From the IMG/VR virus record IMGVR_UViG_3300034069_002149, positions 91,650 to 143,333 of that record: 51,684 bases of DNA; one strand, written 5' to 3'. This stretch comes from a virus. How positions within the stretch are numbered: position 1 is the stretch's first letter; every line of letters starts with the position of its first letter. The translations under genes and the position numbers were made by a program. A model generated the notes under the pieces. That model worked only from the letters and a program-made list of their open reading frames with translations. It was not told the DNA's origin and made no database searches. Below are positions 36,317-46,102 of the stretch, one piece after another.

Positions 36317-37822
36317 ATGGCACAATATCGCGCCGGGACCGTGACGGTCACGACAAACTCGGCTACCGTCTTCGGTCAGGGCACGACCTGGATTGCGTCC
36401 GGCATCGAGCCTGGACACTGGTTCACCATCCGGGACGAGGGGATCACCTACACCGTTGCCGCCGTTCTGGCGGAAGACCAGCTCGTCCTGAGCGCCGCCT
36501 ACCAGGGGATCTCTCAGAACAGCGTCTTCTACCTGCTGCACACCGACTTCACCCCGAGAGGCTACGCCGTTCCGGGGCCGAACGACGTCGAAGCGACGAT
36601 GATCGTCAGGCGGGCGATCTACGACATCGATGCCGACATGACCAGAAACCTGGGGTCCAGCGGCGGCGGTGGAGCCAACATCACGATCTCCAGCATCAAG
36701 GACCTGAATTCCTCGACCGCCCTAACCGGTCAGATCCTGAGCAAGCTCGCGGATGGAAGCTACGGCTTCGTTTCCCCGGCGTCCCTTGGCGTGACGCTGC
36801 TCAACATGACGAACGCCGGGACGGGAATCGGACAGGTCTATGCCGGAACCAATCCGTCCGGTGCCCACCAGTTCCGCGCCCTCCAGGTCGTTGGCGGCAC
36901 CCTGACGCAGAACACGGACAGGCTCACGCTGACCATTCCCGCCGTGGGAGAGACCAACACCCTCGCCGGTCTGGGCAGTCCGGAGTCCGTTTCCATCGCG
37001 GCTCCCAAGACAGGAGCCACGCTCAACACCTACGGCCTGCGCGGCGTCAATGGTGTCACCGTCGTCCGGGATCAGAACGATATTGTCATCAGCGGCAGCG
37101 GTACCGGTGGCGGCGGATCAACGGTCGGAGAAGCCAATACCGGTGAGAATATTGGTGCGGCGGGCACCAACGTGGTCCGGGTTTTCTCGGACAAGCTCAA
37201 TACCTCCCTGCGTTTTCGCAGCATGCTGTTCAACACCGATCATTTTACGGTAGCCGGAGAAACAGGCGGTCAGTATACCATCACGGCGCGCAGGCAGAAG
37301 CTATCCGACAGTCCGGATACGGATCTCGCCAATGCTGCGGTTGGGCAGATCCTGCGGCTTGAGGCAGACCGTGTCTGGCGCGGTCAGCCGATGCCGGTTC
37401 CCGGTATCCCCAACCTTCAGGCGGATACCGCGCCGCGCCTCGGCGGAGATCTGGCGACGTCCGGACGTCGTATCATCGGCATTGCCGGAACGCTCAGCGG
37501 CATGATCGAGAAACCCAAGGCCAAGACCTACACGCTCATTCTGAAATCCGCCAATCCAATCTCGATCACCAGCGTTTCCGCCACGTGCGAGAGCGGGTCA
37601 GTCAACTTCAGCCTGTTCCTTGGTCTTGAACTGCTGGACAACAACAGCGAAGTCAGCGCGCCCGGTGTCATCGCCGGGACGGCGGGATCGACAAACGTGA
37701 CGGAGATCATCCCCGGCGATGCCTTGCAGGTTCCTGCCGGGTCTCGTCTGAGTCTCAGACTGTCTCCCCAGACAACGACAGCAACAGACTTCGTGTTTTC
37801 CATCGCCCACGCGAGCGCCTGA
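36317..37822 (+). CDS. Side tail fibre (anchor, shaft repeats, C-terminal adaptor domain)
   Basis: MAQYRAGTVTVT.NS..V.G.GT.W anchor; two GQIL knob repeats; three GExNT/L.FRs repeats. Confidence 0.8.
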   Translation: MAQYRAGTVTVTTNSATVFGQGTTWIASGIEPGHWFTIRDEGITYTVAAVLAEDQLVLSAAYQGISQNSVFYLLHTDFTPRGYAVPGPNDVEATMIVRRAIYDIDADMTRNLGSSGGGGANITISSIKDLNSSTALTGQILSKLADGSYGFVSPASLGVTLLNMTNAGTGIGQVYAGTNPSGAHQFRALQVVGGTLTQNTDRLTLTIPAVGETNTLAGLGSPESVSIAAPKTGATLNTYGLRGVNGVTVVRDQNDIVISGSGTGGGGSTVGEANTGENIGAAGTNVVRVFSDKLNTSLRFRSMLFNTDHFTVAGETGGQYTITARRQKLSDSPDTDLANAAVGQILRLEADRVWRGQPMPVPGIPNLQADTAPRLGGDLATSGRRIIGIAGTLSGMIEKPKAKTYTLILKSANPISITSVSATCESGSVNFSLFLGLELLDNNSEVSAPGVIAGTAGSTNVTEIIPGDALQVPAGSRLSLRLSPQTTTATDFVFSIAHASA

Positions 37823-37825
37823 TCC

Positions 37826-40800
37826 ATGTGGTTTTTTGAAGCGGAAGAGGTCGAAGAGCTGGCATCGGCGGATCGTGCCTTCGACTTTACAGCCACCCCT
37901 CTGCCGGAACCTCTCACGCTCATCAGAGCAACGGATGCAGCTCTCGGACGGGATAATAGCGGACGGTGGGTTGCCTTCCCGGCGAACACACCCCGCTCAT
38001 GGTATGATCCCAGAACGCTTGCAGAGCACTACACCCTGATCGAACCAGAACGATCACAAATGATCTACCGGACCAGACAGCCAACCCTGTCCCCGATCCA
38101 GGCAACCAGTACTGTCGATGCCGCCGTGCAGACGCCGTTCGGTCTGGGGTCCGTCCACTTCGTTCCCAACACCACCAGCACCACGCATGGCTGGAATCTC
38201 TTCTTTGGGACAGCGAGCCACGCGACGACTATGCCGGACAATACGACGGTGGCGCTCACCGCTGTCATGAAGCCAAGCGGCATCTTCAAAGGCATCACCT
38301 TTTTCATTCTGAACAAGAACAATGTCTATTCCACCGTCAGGGTTCTGATGGAGGGAGAGGGATCTGTCGTAGAGACGACCGGAGTTATCAGTGCGCAGAT
38401 CGTACGGGATACCGACGATTTCTACATGATAACCATCGTCAACAACTTCCAATCAGGAACGACAACGGCAAGCTTCAACAGCAATTTCGTCAACGCTGCC
38501 GGAGCCAGGACCTTCGCCGGAGATGGTGTATCCGGATACTATCTAGCCTATGTCGGCGCTGAGATCGGTACAGAGGCAACGTCTCCTATCGTCAACACAA
38601 CCGTTGCTCCGATAACAAGACCGGCAGACGTTCTGACATCGACTGGAGATTGGGTTGAGAGTGGCGGCAAAAGCATCGGGATAACTTACGTTCCGCTGAG
38701 TCGGGTATCCTCGACGGTCTTTAATTTCTATGGCACGGATGCCATCGAGCTTAAGAACGCTCCCGGAACCGTCACCTTCTACGCCAATGCCGGGAACCAG
38801 CAGTCGGCGCTGATTACTGCCGCCGCACCAGCCAACGGAATTGTCCGGACAGTTGTCGCGACAGTAGCCGCAGGTAGCGCGCTGATGGCGCAGGATGGCC
38901 TTCTGGTCGGCAGTGACAACACTGGAACGACGGTTCCCAGCGCCTTCTCCTCGATCCGGTTCGGCAACAACGCCAACGGAACCAGTGGCGGGCCGCTACT
39001 CCTGAAGCAGATGAAATTCTGGTCGTCACCCCTGTCACAGGATGCCGCTGTTTCCTACTCAAGGGATCTCACTCAGGAGTTCGACCACGGGAATAAGCCG
39101 TCCATCACCGTTCAGCCGACCATGACGGTGTTGCCATCATCCAATGCTCTGTCTCTCCTGGTCGTTCTGACCGGGGAGCCGATTGGCACGACCATCACCT
39201 ACGGAACGGTTGATGGAACGGCAAAAGCTGGGACGGACTACGTCGGTGCGAGCGGCCAGTTGGTGGTCCCGGTCGGGGATGTTTCTGCGCTGATCAATAT
39301 CGGCTTGATGCCTCGCGGAGAGGTTGAGGATAAAAGCTTCAAGATCATTCTTACTGCGGCGACCGGCGCGACCATCACCAACGGCGTCTGCGATGTTCTG
39401 CTTCTCCGCAAGATCCCGGAAGGGGCTGCTGCCACTACCAAAAGCGAGTTTGGCGCAAGCCTGCCGGAAACTTTTACTCTGACAAGGTCAACCCCAGCCT
39501 GGACGAGAAACAGCGATGGCGTCTGGGGACAGGTGGCGGCAAATGCCTACCGGCAGAACTATGTCTCTCCAGGGACTTTCGGCCTGCTGATCGAGGCAGC
39601 CCCTAGCGAGCAGGCCCTGTTCGACAGTGCTGATCCAGGGTTCATCGCAACAGGAGGAGCAAAGACACTTTCCGTTGGAGAGGTAACGCCAACCGGCACC
39701 CGGCAGGTGCAGTTCAGGGAAACGACGGAGCTAGGCCCACACAAACTCTCCCTCGTTCTGACAGCATCGAACAGCCAGACAGTGCCAGGAGCCTTCACAA
39801 CATCCCTTCTCATAAGGCCGGTGCTGGGACAGTACTACTCGGTGAATATCCGTGGCGTGGACAATATCGTGAAGTCCGCCTTGTTCAACCTGAATGGGGA
39901 TGGCTCAGTAAAAGCTGGCACCATCGATGTCGTTGCCACGATTGAGAGAGACCAATTCCGCACTTCCTGGTACAGGGTTTCCCTCGGAAGGCCGCAATCG
40001 GCAGACTTAGGCGTTCAGGCACAGGTCGAGATCTCGTCCTCCACAGCGGAAGGCAATCTTGCGATTGCTGGAGCGGCGGGCAAGGGGTTTGATCTGTGCC
40101 ATATCCAGATAGAGCCGGGTATCGGGTACTCTTCCCCGATCATCGTCACGGGAGCCAGCGCCAAGACCCTGAGAGCGGCTGACGTTCTGAAGGCAGCCGG
40201 AACGTGGTATCAGCGTCAGTCGTACTCTCTCGGTGTCCGGTTTAGGAGATTGAGAGACACGCCATCGGTGCAAAGACTATGGATGGCGAAGGATGTTGCT
40301 CAGGCAATCAACGGAGTTGTTGTAAAAAATGGCGAAATCGCCTATGACTTGGCCGGGGCAGTCCCTCTTTTGTTCACCGAACTTTCGGCAAACGGCACCC
40401 AGACGGTCTGGGAATTGCCGGACAGCGGAACCGATGGCGCTCCCTACACACTAATCATTGCCATTGACGGCGTTTTCCAGTCCAGCACGGCCTATTCCCT
40501 GAGCGGCAACACCCTGACCATGAGCGAGGCACCACCGCCAGGAGCCTCCCTGGACGTCCGTGGCATCAGTATAGCGTCTGTCCTGACCGAGAGCATGGGA
40601 ACCGGCGTAAGAACGGCCTGGACCCTGCCAGCGGCCCTGACAGGAGGGGCCAAATCCGTTCTGGCGATGATCGATGGTGTGGTTCAGGCGGTCAGCACCT
40701 ATACGATTGTCGGAGACCAGTTAAACTTTTCTCAGGCCCCGCCCGCCAATGCGGTTGTTTCCCTGCGGGGGATCGGTGCCAATACTCAGCAAACGGAATT

Positions 40801-40987
40801 CGTCGCCACAGGAACAGCAACGACGCTGACGATGCCCGTGTCCGTGACCGGACCAACTGCGATCCTGGTGCTGGTAGACGGCGTTCTCCAGCTTCCCAGT
40901 TCATACACCACCAGCCTGACGCAGTTGATCTTCACACAGGCACCTCCGGTCGGAGCGGTGATCGATATCCGCTTTATCGGCACCTAG
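37826..40987 (+). CDS. Tandem head-spike-fibre-like/LamG/Calx-beta protein with three C-terminal gp10-like repeats
   Basis: Two R.T.A...G.W...AN..R...LIE...RAADVL units; T.DGTA.AG.DY Calx-beta; three G....W.LP...IDGV.Q...Y.......AP..GA repeats. Confidence 0.75.
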   Translation: MWFFEAEEVEELASADRAFDFTATPLPEPLTLIRATDAALGRDNSGRWVAFPANTPRSWYDPRTLAEHYTLIEPERSQMIYRTRQPTLSPIQATSTVDAAVQTPFGLGSVHFVPNTTSTTHGWNLFFGTASHATTMPDNTTVALTAVMKPSGIFKGITFFILNKNNVYSTVRVLMEGEGSVVETTGVISAQIVRDTDDFYMITIVNNFQSGTTTASFNSNFVNAAGARTFAGDGVSGYYLAYVGAEIGTEATSPIVNTTVAPITRPADVLTSTGDWVESGGKSIGITYVPLSRVSSTVFNFYGTDAIELKNAPGTVTFYANAGNQQSALITAAAPANGIVRTVVATVAAGSALMAQDGLLVGSDNTGTTVPSAFSSIRFGNNANGTSGGPLLLKQMKFWSSPLSQDAAVSYSRDLTQEFDHGNKPSITVQPTMTVLPSSNALSLLVVLTGEPIGTTITYGTVDGTAKAGTDYVGASGQLVVPVGDVSALINIGLMPRGEVEDKSFKIILTAATGATITNGVCDVLLLRKIPEGAAATTKSEFGASLPETFTLTRSTPAWTRNSDGVWGQVAANAYRQNYVSPGTFGLLIEAAPSEQALFDSADPGFIATGGAKTLSVGEVTPTGTRQVQFRETTELGPHKLSLVLTASNSQTVPGAFTTSLLIRPVLGQYYSVNIRGVDNIVKSALFNLNGDGSVKAGTIDVVATIERDQFRTSWYRVSLGRPQSADLGVQAQVEISSSTAEGNLAIAGAAGKGFDLCHIQIEPGIGYSSPIIVTGASAKTLRAADVLKAAGTWYQRQSYSLGVRFRRLRDTPSVQRLWMAKDVAQAINGVVVKNGEIAYDLAGAVPLLFTELSANGTQTVWELPDSGTDGAPYTLIIAIDGVFQSSTAYSLSGNTLTMSEAPPPGASLDVRGISIASVLTESMGTGVRTAWTLPAALTGGAKSVLAMIDGVVQAVSTYTIVGDQLNFSQAPPANAVVSLRGIGANTQQTEFVATGTATTLTMPVSVTGPTAILVLVDGVLQLPSSYTTSLTQLIFTQAPPVGAVIDIRFIGT

Positions 40988-41017
40988 AAGACACACCAGA
41001 GTTACAGGATACCCGAA

Positions 41018-43492
41018 ATGCCGAACATCGCGCCCCGTGGAGACGCGGTAACAGTCCTCATGACCGTTGACAGCACCTCCCGGATAGCCCTGTTCAGTGG
41101 CGGTGACAAGATCGCGGAGCAGGCGGTCGGCAACAACACGCCGTCCATTCCCCTGACGGTGGCGGCGCTCAGGATCGGCGCGACGGAGCCGAACGGCTAC
41201 ACGCCGGGAACCTTCCTGATCGAACAAGTCTCCGGATGGGCAGCGCCACTGAACGATGCGGAAGCAGTTCTGATGTCGTCAGACCTGAACTACACGGCAC
41301 CGTCCGGAGGCGGGCCGAAGCCGGTCATCAGCATTCCTGCCGCGATGAGTATCAGGGAGGGCAGCACCCTCCAGATCCCAGTTACCAAGGAGGGCGTCGG
41401 GGCCTGCTCTGTTCAGATCCGCACCATCGGAAAGACCGCGACAACCCCATTAGACTATACCGGCTTTCTCACGGTGATAAATTTCGGAGCCAACGACACG
41501 CTGATCAATGTGTCTCTGCCGACCATTTCGGATGCTCCCGGCGCTGCGGAAGAATCCAACGAAACGTTGAACGTGGAACTCAGCCTGCCGGTTGACTGCA
41601 CACTCGGAACCTCTCTAGGAGTTGTTACCATTCTTGAGCTTCCCAGAGTTTCCGTACCGACCACGGCCAGCGTCAAGGAGGGAAGTGTCCTCTCCGTAAT
41701 CGTGACCAAGGTCGGCACCGGAGCCTGTAGCGTGACATGGCGGACATCAGCCGTTACCGCCAGCGTGGCGTTATCCGACTACCTGGGACAAAATCCAACC
41801 GTTCTGAGTTTTGGCGCGACGGAGACCCAGAAGACCGTAACGGTCACGACCCTGACAGACGCCATCGTTGAAGGTAATGAGACATTCGATATTCTGCTGG
41901 AAAATCCAACAGACTGCCGGATCACCACAGCGTCCTGCCGCGTCACCATCCTTGATGCCAACAGTCCGGAGGTTCCCGTGGGCACTGCACTGACACCGGC
42001 CAGTGGCTACGCCACTGCGTCTAATTTTGGTATCGGATATCCGATCTACAAAGTCACTAACTTGAACGACAGCGGTGCCGGGTCCCTGAGAGATGCCGTT
42101 TCTGCGGGAAACAGGTGTATCATCTTCGAAGTGGCCGGACGGATCAAGCTTGCCAGCATCCTCATAATCACTCAATCCAACATTACGGTCGCAGGAGAAA
42201 CGGCTCCCGCTCCGGGGATTACTATCACGGATGACACGTTCCGAATTACCGGATCGAATGTTTGCGTTTCTCACATCTGTTTCCAAAAAGGTTACGACGC
42301 AAATAACCTTGGCGACTCTGACTGCATGAAGCTGCCGCAGGGGGCTGGAACGGTTGGGCCGAACGGTGTTGTCGTTACCACCAACGTTCTACTATCTCAC
42401 TGCGCTTTCTACTGGGCTATGGACGAGACGGTCGAGATGTGGCCCTGGATATCCCGCTCCATCAATAATGTCAGTTTTCACGACTGTATTTTTGCAGAGC
42501 CGCTGTACCGTCCATCTGACTATGACAGCACCCTGAAGAACCACACCAAGATGTATACTCCGTACAATCAGAATAGCCACAATTATGGCATTCTGATTGG
42601 CTACGGTGTAAAAAAAATAGATATTCAGTACTGCCTGTTCCAGGATCTCGACCGTAGAGGTCCTTTCATAGACCATAGTACTGAAGTCGTCTTGGCTAAT
42701 TTGATTGCTAACAACTGCCGTACCGGTGCCACGATAGAGCAGAATCCGTATATGGTGCTCAATCCCGCCACGGGCGTAAACGAGTCCAAGCCACACCCTG
42801 CGGACCATTACTACAAGGTCACATGCAAGGGTTATCTGTGTATCTCAGGACCGGATACAGGAACCGGAACCTACGGCGGATTCCGGTTCCACAGCTATCT
42901 TCTGCCGCAACCTGGGGACAAAACCAAGTTCAGCGCGGTTTACGTCAGCGGCCTGTACGGATGGAAGGGTGGTCCGACAACCAGCACTTACCAGACGCCG
43001 AAGTCTGTCGTCACTTACGGCAGTAGCGCAACCGGCATGGATGGCGTGGCGGGAAAACCTTACTGGCTAGACGGGACGACCAAGAAGGCTGTTGAGGTGA
43101 CGACACCGCCCATCGATACGCCAACGGCGACCGTCGGTTTGACCGATCAGGAAATCTATGATCGGGCTGTCCTCAACGTTGGCCCACGTCCCAAGGAAAT
43201 CCGCGCGCTGATAGCCAAGACGACTGGGGCTGTCGGCAACAAAGACGTGGCGCGCACGGTCCAGCGCCTGAAAGACAAGACCGGACGCTGGACAAACCAC
43301 GAAGACGAAACTGTGATCGGTGGCTTCTATAATCCTGCTAAGGTTGACCGCGCCTTTACCGCCACCGCAAAATTCCCGGACAACTCCCTGATCGGTGTGC
43401 CGCCCACCGGTCTGGCAACGCCGACCGCAACCAGCCGGTCGGACATGCGGGCGTGGCTGCGCAAGCACCTCGATCAAATACAGAACGACTAG
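41018..43492 (+). CDS. Half-LamG, two Calx-beta domains and a polysaccharide lyase family 1 (pectate lyase-like) domain
   Basis: IYKVTNLNDSGAGSLRDAV...IIFEVAGRI.L...TVAGETAP.PGIT...HC.F.W.MDE...R.P; no signal peptide. Confidence 0.8.
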   Translation: MPNIAPRGDAVTVLMTVDSTSRIALFSGGDKIAEQAVGNNTPSIPLTVAALRIGATEPNGYTPGTFLIEQVSGWAAPLNDAEAVLMSSDLNYTAPSGGGPKPVISIPAAMSIREGSTLQIPVTKEGVGACSVQIRTIGKTATTPLDYTGFLTVINFGANDTLINVSLPTISDAPGAAEESNETLNVELSLPVDCTLGTSLGVVTILELPRVSVPTTASVKEGSVLSVIVTKVGTGACSVTWRTSAVTASVALSDYLGQNPTVLSFGATETQKTVTVTTLTDAIVEGNETFDILLENPTDCRITTASCRVTILDANSPEVPVGTALTPASGYATASNFGIGYPIYKVTNLNDSGAGSLRDAVSAGNRCIIFEVAGRIKLASILIITQSNITVAGETAPAPGITITDDTFRITGSNVCVSHICFQKGYDANNLGDSDCMKLPQGAGTVGPNGVVVTTNVLLSHCAFYWAMDETVEMWPWISRSINNVSFHDCIFAEPLYRPSDYDSTLKNHTKMYTPYNQNSHNYGILIGYGVKKIDIQYCLFQDLDRRGPFIDHSTEVVLANLIANNCRTGATIEQNPYMVLNPATGVNESKPHPADHYYKVTCKGYLCISGPDTGTGTYGGFRFHSYLLPQPGDKTKFSAVYVSGLYGWKGGPTTSTYQTPKSVVTYGSSATGMDGVAGKPYWLDGTTKKAVEVTTPPIDTPTATVGLTDQEIYDRAVLNVGPRPKEIRALIAKTTGAVGNKDVARTVQRLKDKTGRWTNHEDETVIGGFYNPAKVDRAFTATAKFPDNSLIGVPPTGLATPTATSRSDMRAWLRKHLDQIQND

Positions 43493-43510
43493 GAAACGGC
43501 CAAGAGGCGA

Positions 43511-43536
43511 GCGCTCAGCCGGACCCGGCTGGGCGT
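43511..43536 (+). other. Intergenic GC-rich hairpin (no U tract)
   Basis: GCGCTCAGCCG / CGGCTGGGCGT. Confidence 0.55.
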
Positions 43537-43566
43537 CCCCTTCCCATGCCCGAAAGGAACCCAACC

Positions 43567-45663
43567 GTGTCTCTTATCACCGTCAGTCTGCCACAGGTGC
43601 TCTCCGTCAAGGAGGGGGAGTCGATCAAGATCCCGCTGACCAAGACTGGTGTCGGAGCCTGTTCTGTCCAACTTCGCACCTCCGGGATGACGGCCACAAC
43701 GCCACCGGACTACCAGGATATCGGGGAAGGTCACCTCGTTACCTTCTCGGAAGGTCAGACGGAAAACGTCGGCATGCTCGTCACCCTCCCGGATGATCTG
43801 GTCGAGGGTGAGGAAATGCTGACGGTCTGGGCGATGAACCCGGAAAACTGCGTCATCATGCAGGCCAGATGCGACGTCACGATCATTGATGCCAACGCGC
43901 CGCCCGCTCCGCCGCCGCCCCTGGAACTGCCGGTCGTCAGCATCGCGGACAAGGTCAGCGGCCTGGAAGGAACAGACCTTGCCATTCCCCTGACCAAGAT
44001 CGGGACTGGTGCCTGTCAGGTCTCTCTTGTGACGGCGGGGGACACCGCCCGCACCAAGGAAGACTATGTCGGCTACGAAAAAGTGACCGTCAGCTTCACG
44101 GAAAACCAGATGCAGGCAATGGCAACGCTGCCTCTGCTGGCAGATGCAGAAGCCGAAGCCGATGAGATCTTACACATCTACGTCAAGAACCCGGTTAACT
44201 GCACGATTGGTAACGGCAAGTCCGAAGTGACCATCATCGAGGACAAGACGAAGAACCCGTCTCCTGGGCCGGAAACACCCCCGGAAACGCCGGTTGACCA
44301 GCCGCCAGATACAGCAGAACTGCCGACGCCACCCGCTGGCAAGTACTCTCGCGCGGTCGGCTTTGCCACCGCAATGTCTGCTGGTGCCGGAAAGCCGTTC
44401 TACCGGGTGACAAACTTAAACGACAGCGGTGCCGGTTCTCTCCGGGAGGCGGTCAAGGGCGGCAACCGGATGGTGGTCTTCGAGGTCGGCGGCTGCATCA
44501 AGCTCAAGAGCACGCTGCTGATCGATGCCGACAACATCACCATCGCCGGACAGACCGCACCGGGCAGTGGCATCACGGTCCAGGCCAAGGAACTCAATAT
44601 CAAAGCCTCGTTCATCCGGATCGAGCACATCAACTTCGAGCGCGGCCATGATGCCAGCAATCTCGGGAACGCCGATTGTGTAAAGGTCAATCCGGGTGCG
44701 GACAGCAGCCGCTGGTCCCGCTCCAACATCCACTTCAATCATTGCTCGTTCATGTGGGGCATGGATGAGACGGTCGAAATCTGGCCGTCTGCCGGGAAGC
44801 TTACCAACATCAGCTTCACCAACTGCATCTTCGCGGAACCGCTCTGGCGTCCCCAGAAACTCGGCTACGCGGCGCACGAGAAGGTCAAGTCAGGCAAGCA
44901 GGGCGAGCACAATTACGGAATGCTGATCGGGTTCAACACCAAGAAGGTGGACGTTCAGTACTCCCTGTTCTCTGACATGTATATGCGCTGCCCCTTCATC
45001 GATCACGGTACCACCAGCGTAATCTCCAACAACATCCTGATGAACGTGAGGCAGGGTGTCACGATCCAGCAGAACCGTAGCCCGGCTCCGTCTGCCGCGT
45101 GTTTGGTCAACTGCCAGGGTATTCTGGTGATCTCCGGTCCCCAGAGCAGCGATGCGACCGGCTTCCGCTTCCACTCGTATCCGTCCAAGTGGCCGTCCGG
45201 TTCCGCCGTCTACGTGTCCAATCTCTACGGCTGGAAAGGCTCCAACGGAGCGATCACTCCCGGCAACAAGGTGACCTTCTCCGGAGCGCAGCCGACACAG
45301 GGGTCCAAGGGTGCCAAAGTGATGGTCTCTAGTCCGCCGATCCAGCCGCCAGGGCACACCATCAAGGCTCTCGGGTCGAATGAGCTTTTCGACCGTATCG
45401 TCAACAACTCTGGGCCAATGCCAAAGATTGCCAAGCGGCCCCCATCCGTGGCGCGGATTGCCAAGAAGCTCGCCACCAAATCACCCGGCTGGGTCGATCA
45501 CCAGTCTCAGGTCGGTGGATTTTCCAGCTACCCCAGCGTCAGCCGGAAGCTGGAGGACGCAACCCTGCCTGACGGCACCAAAATCCCTCTTCCCAAGCAG
45601 GGTGATGCGGGGGCCGTCCAGAAGTGGCTCGACGTCTTCACAAGCTTGGTGAGTTACGACTAA
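43567..45663 (+). CDS. Two Calx-beta domains, Pro-rich linker and PL1 pectate lyase-like domain (paralog of 41018..43492)
   Basis: GTG at 43567 with AAGGA RBS; FYRVTNLNDSGAGSLREAV...VFEVGG.I.L...TIAGQTAPG.GIT...WGMDE...RCP. Confidence 0.8.
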   Translation: MSLITVSLPQVLSVKEGESIKIPLTKTGVGACSVQLRTSGMTATTPPDYQDIGEGHLVTFSEGQTENVGMLVTLPDDLVEGEEMLTVWAMNPENCVIMQARCDVTIIDANAPPAPPPPLELPVVSIADKVSGLEGTDLAIPLTKIGTGACQVSLVTAGDTARTKEDYVGYEKVTVSFTENQMQAMATLPLLADAEAEADEILHIYVKNPVNCTIGNGKSEVTIIEDKTKNPSPGPETPPETPVDQPPDTAELPTPPAGKYSRAVGFATAMSAGAGKPFYRVTNLNDSGAGSLREAVKGGNRMVVFEVGGCIKLKSTLLIDADNITIAGQTAPGSGITVQAKELNIKASFIRIEHINFERGHDASNLGNADCVKVNPGADSSRWSRSNIHFNHCSFMWGMDETVEIWPSAGKLTNISFTNCIFAEPLWRPQKLGYAAHEKVKSGKQGEHNYGMLIGFNTKKVDVQYSLFSDMYMRCPFIDHGTTSVISNNILMNVRQGVTIQQNRSPAPSAACLVNCQGILVISGPQSSDATGFRFHSYPSKWPSGSAVYVSNLYGWKGSNGAITPGNKVTFSGAQPTQGSKGAKVMVSSPPIQPPGHTIKALGSNELFDRIVNNSGPMPKIAKRPPSVARIAKKLATKSPGWVDHQSQVGGFSSYPSVSRKLEDATLPDGTKIPLPKQGDAGAVQKWLDVFTSLVSYD

Positions 45664-45676
45664 CGACTGAGCAGAT

Positions 45677-46102
45677 ATGGCGGGAGACTCTGGAATGACG
45701 GACGGATATGAAGAGGACCCCCCTCCCAGAAAAATAAAGATGTCGAGCAATGCCGACTTGCTGGAGTACCGGATCGAGGCTCTGGAACGGGAGATGCGGG
45801 CCTTTAGAAACCAAGCTGACAGAAAGTACCGCGAACTGGACGACATGCTCCAGAAACGCTTTCACGATCTGGCAAACGACTACCAGCGTCTTGTTAAGGA
45901 CATCGCGGATAAGGTTGAAAAGAAGGACAAGGAGATTGTTGATGAGCAGGAAAAGAAAATCAAGGAAGTAGAGTCAGACTTCGATAAAAGAACTTCCCGA
46001 ATAGAGTCATTTCTGCTCGGAGGTCTTTGTCTTGTTGCCACTCTTTTTATTGGCGCTCTCTTCGCGATTACCAACGGAACTGTACCGGGGGCTTCTGGGT
46101 GA
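45677..46102 (+). CDS. Coiled-coil protein with C-terminal TM helix (holin/XhlA-like lysis-cassette protein)
   Basis: Charged heptad region followed by FLLGGLCLVATLFIGALFAI; first gene of the lysis cassette; start may be 45695. Confidence 0.55.
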   Translation: MAGDSGMTDGYEEDPPPRKIKMSSNADLLEYRIEALEREMRAFRNQADRKYRELDDMLQKRFHDLANDYQRLVKDIADKVEKKDKEIVDEQEKKIKEVESDFDKRTSRIESFLLGGLCLVATLFIGALFAITNGTVPGASG

